This document shows, piece by piece, positions 24,518 to 32,621 of a DNA stretch of 46,604 bases (within the stretch, counting starts at the first letter, position 1; the number at the start of each line of letters is the position of its first letter). The DNA is from a virus (lineage: Duplodnaviria; Caudoviricetes). Below the pieces are notes generated by a model that saw nothing but the letters and a program-made list of their open reading frames with translations, searched no databases and had not been told where the DNA came from. Position numbers and translations under genes: made by a program. The DNA is taken from positions 1 to 46,604 of IMG/VR virus record IMGVR_UViG_3300022173_000070. One strand, written 5' to 3'.

Positions 24518-25870
24518 GTGCCGGCCTTGCTGGAAAACCAAGAGATTGCCGCTGACTGGGCTTACGACCGCCCCGCGGCAATTCTCGCCATGGACATGGG
24601 CCTTGGGAAAACGGCCACCGCCATTACGCTGTTCAAGCGCAAAGGCCTGCGCCAGATTCTGGTCATTGTCCCGGCTGGCCTGCGGGTTAACTGGCTTCGC
24701 GAGTTCGACCGCTTCTGGCCCGGCCACCCGGATATTGACCTGATCCTGTCCGGTGCCCATCGCTTCACCAAAGCCCCCATCGTCATCGTTAACTACGACT
24801 TGCTGGCCGTGCCCGCGATCTTTCACACGCTGCGCCTGCGCACTTGGGAAATGGTCGCCTGCGATGAATCGCAAATGGCCAATAACAAGGACACCCTGCG
24901 CGGGAATGCCGTACTCGGGCCAGAAGGCCTGACGCGCCGCGCCATGCGTGTGCTGGCCCTGTCAGGCACGCCCGCCCCGAACCACGTTGGCGAGCTGCAC
25001 GGCTGGTTCCAAGTGCTGTGCCCTGAGCTGCTGAACGTGCGAGCCGGCAAAGAAGGCTGGCCCGATGTCAGCCACTACGACCACTTTCTGAAACGGTACG
25101 CCCGCTACAGGACGACCAAATACGGTATCCAGGTGACGGGGACGATCAACGCGGCCGAGTTCAAACGCCGCTTTGCTTCGATCATTTTCCGCCAGCGCAA
25201 AAGCGACTGCGAAGGCCTGATTCCGCCCCTGCGCGTCGGGCATATCGTGCTGGACACGGATAAGCCGCGGATGCTGCAAGCCCTGGAGCAACACCCGGAC
25301 CACGCCAAGCTGATGGCGATGTTGTCCACGCTCAACGCGGACCACCCCGACGCTTACAGCCGGCTGAAAGTCATGCTGGAGGATGTCGAGCTGGCCACCC
25401 TGCGCCGACTGACCGCCGTGGCGAAGATCGCCCCCGTTGCTGAGCTGGTCCACGACGAGCTGTTTGGCGGGATCGAGAAAATCGTGCTGTTCGGCCACCA
25501 CCGCGAACTGCTGGAAGGCCTAAACGACCGGCTGGGCGAGTTCAATCCGGCCGTGATCCACGGCGGTATTCCCAAGGACAAGCGGCAAGCCCAAGTCGAC
25601 AAATTCCAGAACGACCCGACCTGCCGTGTGTTCGTCGGCCAAATCGACGCGGCCGGCATGGGCATCACCCTGACGGCGGCCAGCCAGTTGCTGATGGTCG
25701 AAGCCAGTTGGGTGCCAAGCAAGAATCAACAGGCGATTGACCGGATCAGCCGCATCGGCCAGACAGAAAACTGTTTGGCGCGGTTCGTCGGTCTGGCGGG
25801 CTCCATTGACGAGATTGTCATGCGGGTTCAATCCCGCAAGGCCGAAGCCTTGAACGCCCTGCTGCTGTAG
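24518..25870 (+). CDS. SNF2-family helicase
   Basis: DMGLGKT, DESQ, LSGTP, GMGITLT and QAIDRISRIGQ motifs. Confidence 0.93.
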   Translation: MPALLENQEIAADWAYDRPAAILAMDMGLGKTATAITLFKRKGLRQILVIVPAGLRVNWLREFDRFWPGHPDIDLILSGAHRFTKAPIVIVNYDLLAVPAIFHTLRLRTWEMVACDESQMANNKDTLRGNAVLGPEGLTRRAMRVLALSGTPAPNHVGELHGWFQVLCPELLNVRAGKEGWPDVSHYDHFLKRYARYRTTKYGIQVTGTINAAEFKRRFASIIFRQRKSDCEGLIPPLRVGHIVLDTDKPRMLQALEQHPDHAKLMAMLSTLNADHPDAYSRLKVMLEDVELATLRRLTAVAKIAPVAELVHDELFGGIEKIVLFGHHRELLEGLNDRLGEFNPAVIHGGIPKDKRQAQVDKFQNDPTCRVFVGQIDAAGMGITLTAASQLLMVEASWVPSKNQQAIDRISRIGQTENCLARFVGLAGSIDEIVMRVQSRKAEALNALLL

Positions 25871-25915
25871 GGGCTCAAGGTCTACCAAATGCTCGCCACC
25901 GACTGGCGGGCTTGG

Positions 25916-25978
25916 ATGTCCATTTGTCCAAATGTCCACTAGACACTTGTACAAATGTCCATTTGTCCAAATGTACAA
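25916..25978. repeat. Octamer array 4 (7 units plus a 7-bp spacer)
   Basis: ATGTCCAT TTGTCCAA ATGTCCAC tagacac TTGTACAA ATGTCCAT TTGTCCAA ATGTACAA. Confidence 0.9.
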
Positions 25979-25992
25979 CAGGAGTGTCAACC

Positions 25993-26484
25993 ATGCAACT
26001 GCAATTCACCATCGATCCGTCTACCGACTCTTTCCGCGAGCTGTCGGCCCTGTCCAACTTCTTGCTGCACCTGACTGGCCAAGCGTCCCAGTATGCCCCT
26101 GGCCCCCTGACCAGTGGCGAAACCGCTGGCCCGGTTGACACCGCGGCGGCTGATCCAGCGCCGGCTGTAGACGTGGCGGATGACGAGCCAGTGGCCAAAG
26201 CCCCGGCCAAGAAAGCAGCGCCGAAAGCCAAAGCCGCCGCCAAGGTGAAAGAGCCTGAGCCCGAGCCGGCTGTGGTAATCGTCGAAGAGGAAGAGGAAGG
26301 CCCAGACTACGGCAAATTGCGTCTGGAAATTCGCACCCGCTTCGCAAACTGGGCTGAGCAAGTCGGCATGATCGAAGGCAAAGCGCTGCTGGATTCCTTC
26401 AATGTCGGCAAGTTCAGCGAGCTGGATAACAGCCAACTGAAAGCGTTCAGCAACAAATTGGCTGTGATGGAAGCCGATCTGTGA
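25993..26484 (+). CDS. Hypothetical replication-module protein (163 aa)
   Basis: AGGAG RBS; Ala/Lys/Pro linker and C-terminal LLDSFNVGKFSEL domain, as usually found upstream of DUF2800 genes. Confidence 0.8.
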   Translation: MQLQFTIDPSTDSFRELSALSNFLLHLTGQASQYAPGPLTSGETAGPVDTAAADPAPAVDVADDEPVAKAPAKKAAPKAKAAAKVKEPEPEPAVVIVEEEEEGPDYGKLRLEIRTRFANWAEQVGMIEGKALLDSFNVGKFSELDNSQLKAFSNKLAVMEADL

Positions 26485-27704
26485 GCGCGGCGCGGGAACT
26501 GCCAGCGCATAGCGAGTTAGGCGGCTCCGTTATCGCGCTGGTTGAACTGTGCCCTGGCTCTTACTCGCTGTCGAAGGGGATGCCGAACACCGCGGGGCGA
26601 CACGCCCGCGAAGGCTCCCTTGCGCATGCGCTGGCCGAGCTGTGCCTAACGAAAGGCACTGACCCCGAGTTGTACCTGGGGCAAAGCCTGCCGGGCTTTG
26701 AAGGGCTGGAAATCAACGCGGAAATGGTCGAACACGTCGGCCGGTACGTGGACTACTGCCTGTCGGAAACGCAGGACGGCGACATCGTGCTAATCGAGGC
26801 GAAGTTTGACCTGTCCGAGCTGGGGGAGGACGCCGAGGAAATGTTTGGTTCGTCCGACTACGTGCGGTTGCGTCCGTCGACGGGCCACCTTCTGGTGGTT
26901 GACCTCAAGTACGGCGCAGGCGTGCCAGTGGAGATTCTGACCAAGGATAAGAAGCCGTCGCGCCAGTTGCTGTACTACGCCGTAGGCGCAGCGCTCAAGG
27001 TTCGCGACGAGGGCCACATTGTCCGCAACGGTACGCTGGTGATTTACCAGCCGCGTGCGCCGCACTCGGACGGCGTTTGCCGGATTGTCGACGTATCCGC
27101 CATCGACTTGCTCGACTGGATCGGCGAATTGCTGGCCATCGCCCGTGCGGCCTATGACCCAAATGCGCCACTGATCGCGGGCCATCACTGCCGCGAAAAG
27201 TTCTGCAAGGCACTGCCTCGCTGTCCTGAGCATGCCAAGTGGATCACCCGCCAAGCCCAACTGGAGTTTTCCCCGGTTGGCTTGGAAGTGAAGGAAAGCG
27301 ACCCGCGCCTGCTCTCCCCTGAAACGCTTTCGGCTGTTCTGGATGCTGCCCCGGCCGTGACGGCGTGGATCAACCAGTGCCAGCAATATGCGCACCAGGG
27401 GCTGGAACGTGGCGAAGGGTTTCCCGGCTGGAAGCTGGTCAACAAACGCGCCTCGCGTGTGTGGGACAAGCCCCAAGCCGCGCTGGTGGCCAAGTTGGTC
27501 GAGTTGGGCGCAGCGCGTGAAGCGCTGTTTTCGACGCCTAGCCTGCTGTCACCTGCACAAGTCGAAAAGCTGTTACCTGCCGATCAACGAAAGGAGTTGG
27601 CCACCCTGACCAAATCCGTTTCGTCCGGCACCACGCTGGCTAAAGACGACGACAAACGCCCGGCCATCAAAGCCGGACCTGCCGCCGATTTTGATCCGGT
27701 CTAA
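26481..27704 (+). CDS. DUF2800-type Cas4/RecB-like nuclease
   Basis: EGSLAH, FGSSD, VVDLKYGAG, QLLYYA motifs, Cys cluster, GWKLV. Confidence 0.87.
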   Translation: MSAARELPAHSELGGSVIALVELCPGSYSLSKGMPNTAGRHAREGSLAHALAELCLTKGTDPELYLGQSLPGFEGLEINAEMVEHVGRYVDYCLSETQDGDIVLIEAKFDLSELGEDAEEMFGSSDYVRLRPSTGHLLVVDLKYGAGVPVEILTKDKKPSRQLLYYAVGAALKVRDEGHIVRNGTLVIYQPRAPHSDGVCRIVDVSAIDLLDWIGELLAIARAAYDPNAPLIAGHHCREKFCKALPRCPEHAKWITRQAQLEFSPVGLEVKESDPRLLSPETLSAVLDAAPAVTAWINQCQQYAHQGLERGEGFPGWKLVNKRASRVWDKPQAALVAKLVELGAAREALFSTPSLLSPAQVEKLLPADQRKELATLTKSVSSGTTLAKDDDKRPAIKAGPAADFDPV

Positions 27705-27728
27705 ATGTACAAATGTACAATTGTCCAG
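27705..27728. repeat. Octamer array 5 (3 units)
   Basis: ATGTACAA ATGTACAA TTGTCCAG. Confidence 0.8.
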
Positions 27729-27740
27729 AGGAATAGAGAA

Positions 27741-28298
27741 ATGGCCGAAGCCAGAAGCGAAGTGCTGCGCACCCCGGAAGCTGTCGCAAGTTTCCTGAAC
27801 GTGTTCCGTCCACACCCGGAACAGAAGACCAAAGACGGTCGCCCGAAGTACACCCTGACGCTGATCTTCAAGCCAAAGGCGCAGAAAACCCCCGAGTTCA
27901 AGGCGCTGAAACGCGCTGTCGAGGACGTGACCGCGGCCAAGTGGGGAGACGAGCGCCCGAAAAAGCTGAAAACCCCGTTCCTCACTGCTGAGGATTTGGA
28001 CAAGGTGCCAGCCGGCCTGGAAGAAGACGACGTGTTTATCCGCCTGACCGCCGTGAACAAGCCAGGGATCGTGGATCAGAACGTCCAGCCGATCATGGAC
28101 GAGAGCGAGCTGTATGCCGGTGCCCGCGTTCGTTGCTCCGTCCAGTGCTTTAGCTGGGTTGACGACAAAGGCGGCAAAGGCGTGTCGTTCGGTCTGAACA
28201 ACATCCAGAAAGTGGGGGATGGCGACCATCTGGCGGGCGGTTCCCGTGCCGAAGACGACTTCGACGCGGTGGAAAGCGACGACAACCTGCTGGATTAA
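27741..28298 (+). CDS. DUF2815-type ssDNA-binding protein
   Basis: KYTLTLIF, PGIVD, YAGARVR, KGVSFGLNNIQKVGDG and acidic tail. Confidence 0.88.
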   Translation: MAEARSEVLRTPEAVASFLNVFRPHPEQKTKDGRPKYTLTLIFKPKAQKTPEFKALKRAVEDVTAAKWGDERPKKLKTPFLTAEDLDKVPAGLEEDDVFIRLTAVNKPGIVDQNVQPIMDESELYAGARVRCSVQCFSWVDDKGGKGVSFGLNNIQKVGDGDHLAGGSRAEDDFDAVESDDNLLD

Positions 28299-28318
28299 CT
28301 GGGGGGTTTGACGGCCGC

Positions 28319-28342
28319 TTGTACATTTGTACATTTGTACAG
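28319..28342. repeat. Octamer array 6 (3 units)
   Basis: TTGTACAT TTGTACAT TTGTACAG. Confidence 0.85.
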
Positions 28343-28359
28343 GCGGCCGTTGTCTATCT

Positions 28360-30480
28360 ATGGCCGAATCCGAACTACACCTAGACTTTGAAACCCGCTC
28401 TGTGCTTGACCTAAAGCTGGTCGGAGTGGGGATTTACGCTAACCACCCGTTGACTGACGCGTGGTGCTTCGCATGGGCCTTTGACGACGAACCCGTCGAA
28501 CTGTGGTGGCGTGATACGCCGGTCCCGCAAAGGGTGATCGACCACATTCGAAGCCGCGGCAAAGTGTCCGCGTTCAACGCCTCTTTCGAGTGGCATATCT
28601 GGAATTTCGTACTGCGCCGCGATGACCCTTCGCTGCCAGAAATGGACTACCTGAGCCTTGATTGCACCATGGCCCGCGCAGTGGTGATGGGCTTGCCGCG
28701 CTCCCTGGAAGTGGTCGCCTACGCCCTGTCGCAGAAGACAGCGCGCATGGAGAAAGACCTTGCCGGGCGCCGGCTCATGCTGCAAATGGCTAAGCCCCGC
28801 TTTCACGGGCCACAAGGGCTGGCATGGTGGGACGACTACACCCGCCGCGAACGGCTGGGCGCCTACTGCATGAAAGACGTGGAGGTTGAACGCTGGGCGG
28901 CGGGCTATCTGCGCCCGCTGACCGCGACCCATCGCCGGCTGTGGGAAATGGACTTTCGGATGAACCACATCCGCGGCGTGCAAATCGACGTGCCCCTGAT
29001 CCGCCGCGCCGAGGAAGTCACCCGGCTGGCCGTGAAGGACTTGTGCGACGAGTTGGCCGAGATTACCGGTGGACGCTGCGCCAGTGCCACGCAAGTGCAG
29101 AAGTTCCAAGCATGGCTGGAGACGCAAGGCCACGCCCTGCCGAACATGCAGAAAGAGACACTGGAAGCCGCCCTGGAAGACGACGATTTGCCGCCTGTGG
29201 TCCGGCGTGCGCTCGAAATCCGCCAAAGCGTGGGCAAGACATCGGTTGCCAAGATTCCCGCCTTCCTGCGCCGTACAGACGCCAAGCAGCGCATGCGCGG
29301 CATGTTGCTGTTTAACGGCGCCGGCCCCGGCCGGTGGACGGGCCAAGGCGCACAGTTGCACAACTTGCCCCGGCCGACCGTTTCGAAAAGTGACGTACTG
29401 TACATAGTACGCGTACTACGTAACGCACAAATGAGTGCCCGCGAAAAAGTCGACCTGCTCAATGCGGTCTACGGTGCCACCCTGCCCTGCGTCTCTGAGG
29501 CGATCCGCGGGTTTATCGTGGCCAGACCGGGCCACCGCCTGCATGTCCGCGACTTTGCGAACATCGAGGGAAGGTGTATTGCGAGAATCGCGGGGGAAGA
29601 CTGGAAGATTAAGGCCTTCCAGGCATTCGACGACGGCACTGGTCCTGACCTGTACCGCGTAGCCGCGGCCGGTATCTTTGGCTGTCGTGTCGAGGACATC
29701 GACGACGACCTACGGAACGTCGGGAAAGTGAGCGAACTCGCTCTAGGGTTTGCCGGTGGCGCACCCGCCCTGACCAAGATGGCCCGCAAATACGGCATTT
29801 TGCTGGTCGATTACATGGCCGTTATCCGGTCATCCGTGAGTAACAAGGTGATCAGCCGCGCCGAATGGGGCTGGACCAAATACGGGTTCCGCGCCGGGAT
29901 CGAGGAAAACGCATGGATGGCCGCGGAAATGGTCAAGCTGGCATGGCGTGACCGTCACCCCGCCATCGTCGCGCTGTGGGACAAACTGGTCGAAGCTGCA
30001 ATGTCCGCCATTCGTGAGCCTGGAGTGCAGTTCACCTATCGGGATGTGACGTACCAATACGGCAAGATCAAAGGCCACGGTTATCTGCTGTGCCGTCTGC
30101 CAAGCGGCCGACTGCTGTACTACCCACACGCCCAAATCAAGCACCAGACCACGCAATGGAACACTGAGGACGCGTATATCTCCTACTCGTCCACTGACCC
30201 CGTGACCAAGCGCTGGTGCCAGCTCGCACTGACCAAAAACATTGCCGCAGAGAACGTCACCCAAGGCGATGCGTTCGACTTTCTGGCTGACGCGATGCTG
30301 CGTTGCGAACAAGCGGGCTTTCCTTCGGTCCTATCCGTTCACGACGAAAACATCGCCGAAGCACCCGAGGGGGCAAACGATGATCTATTTGACCAGCTCA
30401 TGGCTGAGCGGCCCCACTGGGCGAAGGGTATGCCGCTGGCTGTGGCTGGCTTTGTTGATCGTCGTTACCACAAGGCCTGA
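28360..30480 (+). CDS. polA: Family A DNA polymerase with 3'-5' exonuclease
   Basis: Exo motifs DFET, FNASFE, YCMKDV; motif A DFANIEGR, motif B RNVGKVSELALGF, motif C VHDE. Confidence 0.93.
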   Translation: MAESELHLDFETRSVLDLKLVGVGIYANHPLTDAWCFAWAFDDEPVELWWRDTPVPQRVIDHIRSRGKVSAFNASFEWHIWNFVLRRDDPSLPEMDYLSLDCTMARAVVMGLPRSLEVVAYALSQKTARMEKDLAGRRLMLQMAKPRFHGPQGLAWWDDYTRRERLGAYCMKDVEVERWAAGYLRPLTATHRRLWEMDFRMNHIRGVQIDVPLIRRAEEVTRLAVKDLCDELAEITGGRCASATQVQKFQAWLETQGHALPNMQKETLEAALEDDDLPPVVRRALEIRQSVGKTSVAKIPAFLRRTDAKQRMRGMLLFNGAGPGRWTGQGAQLHNLPRPTVSKSDVLYIVRVLRNAQMSAREKVDLLNAVYGATLPCVSEAIRGFIVARPGHRLHVRDFANIEGRCIARIAGEDWKIKAFQAFDDGTGPDLYRVAAAGIFGCRVEDIDDDLRNVGKVSELALGFAGGAPALTKMARKYGILLVDYMAVIRSSVSNKVISRAEWGWTKYGFRAGIEENAWMAAEMVKLAWRDRHPAIVALWDKLVEAAMSAIREPGVQFTYRDVTYQYGKIKGHGYLLCRLPSGRLLYYPHAQIKHQTTQWNTEDAYISYSSTDPVTKRWCQLALTKNIAAENVTQGDAFDFLADAMLRCEQAGFPSVLSVHDENIAEAPEGANDDLFDQLMAERPHWAKGMPLAVAGFVDRRYHKA

Positions 30481-30537
30481 CCATTTGGACAAATGTACAA
30501 CTGAACATTTGTCCAAGTGATGGCAATACGCTAAAGT
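30477..30537 (+). promoter_or_regulatory. Octamer array 7 (5 units) overlapping the probable parA promoter
   Basis: CTGACCAT TTGGACAA ATGTACAA CTGAACAT TTGTCCAA; TTGTCC(30509)-17 bp-TAAAGT(30532). Confidence 0.75.
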
Positions 30538-30569
30538 CAGGCTTCCAACCCTCATACGGAATCCCGATC

Positions 30570-31196
30570 ATGGCCCAAAAAGTTTGGTGCGTTGTTAGTC
30601 AAAAAGGAGGCGTCAGCAAATCGGTTATCGCCTATGCGCTGTCGGAAAAGCTGGCGACGCCCGGCGTTAAAGTCGTGTTGTGCGATACCGACTTTCCCCA
30701 GTTTTCGGCGCTCACGCTGGCCGAGCTGCGCGAGCAACACGGCGGCGAGCCATTGCCGTTCAAGGTAGTGTCGTGCAAGGACACGGGCGAAGTCGGCCGC
30801 AAGTCGAAAGGCTTTCACCATGTCGTTATCGACGGCGCCCCGCATGCCAGCCAGGACACGTACCACTATGCCAAATACGCCGACGTGGTGATCCTGCCAA
30901 CCCGCACCGCAATCATCGACCTGACGCCCAACCTAGAACTGGCCCGCAGTCTGGAAGCCCGCGGCATTGCTCGCGACAAGATGGTTTTCGTGCTGACGCA
31001 ATCGCCAAGCAAGACGGAAACGGCGACGGCGCGCACCATCTTGCAGTACGAAGGCTGGGCAGTGCTGGAGCAGGATTTGCACTTCGCGCAGAGCTTTTCA
31101 ACGGCGGGGGATCGCGGACGGACCATCAGTGAAGTGAAGCACCGGGGGCTGCGCTACAAAGCCGGCATGCTGCTAGAGCAGCTTCTGCGCCGGTAA
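30570..31196 (+). CDS. parA: ParA-family partition ATPase (short, type Ib-like)
   Basis: SQKGGVSKS, LCDTDFPQ, VVIDGAP and ADVVILP motifs; 208 aa without an N-terminal HTH. Confidence 0.9.
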   Translation: MAQKVWCVVSQKGGVSKSVIAYALSEKLATPGVKVVLCDTDFPQFSALTLAELREQHGGEPLPFKVVSCKDTGEVGRKSKGFHHVVIDGAPHASQDTYHYAKYADVVILPTRTAIIDLTPNLELARSLEARGIARDKMVFVLTQSPSKTETATARTILQYEGWAVLEQDLHFAQSFSTAGDRGRTISEVKHRGLRYKAGMLLEQLLRR

Positions 31197-31209
31197 CTTT
31201 CCTGATACT

Positions 31210-31233
31210 TTGTACATTTGTCCGTTTGGACAA
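31210..31233. repeat. Octamer array 8 (3 units)
   Basis: TTGTACAT TTGTCCGT TTGGACAA between parA and the RHH gene. Confidence 0.85.
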
Positions 31234-31254
31234 CGCTGTTTAGGAGTCCGTGCT

Positions 31255-31497
31255 ATGACCACAACCACAAAAGCGCTTCCCACCAGTAAATCGCTGCACC
31301 GCGAAGTCGATAACGATCCGACGTTGCAGGAAAACCGCGCCAAGATGCGCCGCCTGCCCGTCGACATGCCGTCCGCGGATTTGCGCGCCTTTGGCGACCA
31401 AGCCCGCGATAAGGGCATGACCATGCGCAAGTATTTTTACTACCTATGGGACAAGCAAACCGGGGGCACGCGCTCCCGTGCCCTCTTCGACGAGTAG
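31255..31497 (+). CDS. Small ribbon-helix-helix protein, candidate centromere-binding partner of ParA (80 aa)
   Basis: AGGAG RBS; flexible N-tail then RRLPVDMP (strand), SADLRAFGDQARDKG (helix), TMRKYFYYLW (helix); directly after parA. Confidence 0.65.
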   Translation: MTTTTKALPTSKSLHREVDNDPTLQENRAKMRRLPVDMPSADLRAFGDQARDKGMTMRKYFYYLWDKQTGGTRSRALFDE

Positions 31498-31553
31498 TCA
31501 ACTACGCTTGCAAGTTCGCGCCCCGGTAACGGGGCTTTCAGGGAGATACGCGT

Positions 31554-31754
31554 ATGCCCGCCGTAAAGATGCCCCGCCTATCCGTCCGAGTGGACGACCT
31601 CCTAGACCTGATCGAACAGTTCAATGCGTGGGGCGGCTCGATGCCCCCGGCCGAAGGCGAACTGTGGCGCACACGGTTTTCTGACCTCCAGTCCCGCGCC
31701 CAAACGCTTTACGACAAAGTGCCCGTGGAGAACGAAGCGCAGGCGCTGTCATGA
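31554..31754 (+). CDS. Hypothetical protein (66 aa)
   Basis: GGGAG RBS; ATGA overlap with the next gene. Confidence 0.7.
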   Translation: MPAVKMPRLSVRVDDLLDLIEQFNAWGGSMPPAEGELWRTRFSDLQSRAQTLYDKVPVENEAQALS

Positions 31755-32101
31755 AGCCCTACTACACCCTGGACGCCGATAACAAAGTGGAAGTCGCGCC
31801 CGACTTCGATGCCTGGATGACGTGGGTGCGCAAGCATCACGAACGCATGGAAGTCGCGATCACAGCGTATCCACACTGTCACATTCGCACCGTGTTTCTC
31901 GGCGTCGAATCCAGCGGCGAAGACACTTGCCCGCCCTCCGTGTTCGAAACGGTGATAATCGGCGGCCCCCATGATTCGAAAACCATCACGTCCACCGCAT
32001 GGGAGGCGGCCCGGCAAACCCACGCGAAGGTCAGCGAGCTAGTCGCCCGCGAAGCGCTGGACGTGGATTTTTCGGACCAGCCAAGCCCGTTTCAGGAGTA
32101 G
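31751..32101 (+). CDS. Hypothetical protein (116 aa)
   Basis: Coupled ORF with IRTVFLG...FETVIIGG pattern. Confidence 0.75.
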   Translation: MKPYYTLDADNKVEVAPDFDAWMTWVRKHHERMEVAITAYPHCHIRTVFLGVESSGEDTCPPSVFETVIIGGPHDSKTITSTAWEAARQTHAKVSELVAREALDVDFSDQPSPFQE

Positions 32102-32103
32102 AT

Positions 32104-32340
32104 ATGGAACTGAACCCGAACCATCCCGTCACGCAGCAAACCCACGACAACTGGCACAAATACGTGGCGATCATGCTGCACAAGTACGGCGACATGCGTA
32201 TCACCATGGCCGACGTTCTAGCCATGCCAGATGACCTCGCGGTCACGGTGCAAGAGCTGGAAGACGGCGTGCATTTGTGTCTGGTCAGCATGGCCGAAGC
32301 CGAGGAACTGGCGCGTATCCACGGCGGGCGGCCGATATGA
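32104..32340 (+). CDS. Hypothetical protein (78 aa)
   Basis: AGGAG RBS, starts MELNPNHP. Confidence 0.75.
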   Translation: MELNPNHPVTQQTHDNWHKYVAIMLHKYGDMRITMADVLAMPDDLAVTVQELEDGVHLCLVSMAEAEELARIHGGRPI

Positions 32341-32621
32341 AACGCAAGCGCGGGCCAAGCGACGGCGAGATTTACGAAGCCGTGAGCCGCAAGGCGAACC
32401 CCGAGCTGCATGCGGAACTCGACCGCTTGCTAAAAGACCGTCCGCTAGATACGCCCTCGTTCGACGACCTTCTGGCCGCCGACCGGGCCAAGCTCAAGAA
32501 CGGCGACAAAGACTGGACTTCGCCGTGCCTGAACTGCGATGCGGTCCCGACCATGCACCCGACCAAGCTATGCGGCCCGTGCTGTACCGGCGAAGCCGAA
32601 ACAGCCGGGGGCAATTGGTAG
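32337..32621 (+). CDS. Hypothetical protein with CxxC/CxxC zinc-finger-like tail (94 aa)
   Basis: ATGA overlap; CLNC...CGPCC. Confidence 0.7.
   Translation: MKRKRGPSDGEIYEAVSRKANPELHAELDRLLKDRPLDTPSFDDLLAADRAKLKNGDKDWTSPCLNCDAVPTMHPTKLCGPCCTGEAETAGGNW

Noticed and set aside
26481-27704. Cas4 as part of a CRISPR system
   Set aside because: It sits in the standard helicase-nuclease-SSB-PolA phage replication module
23985-28298. Shared C-terminal LLD ending in the Cro-like protein and SSB (and DLLG in TerS)
   Set aside because: Too short to distinguish from chance without homologue alignments
1480-31254. N-terminal ORF extensions such as MYICP, MDVHLSKC, MYKCT and MYICT
   Set aside because: These starts arise from ATG/TTG inside the octamer arrays; downstream ATGs, mostly with a clear RBS, are the plausible starts
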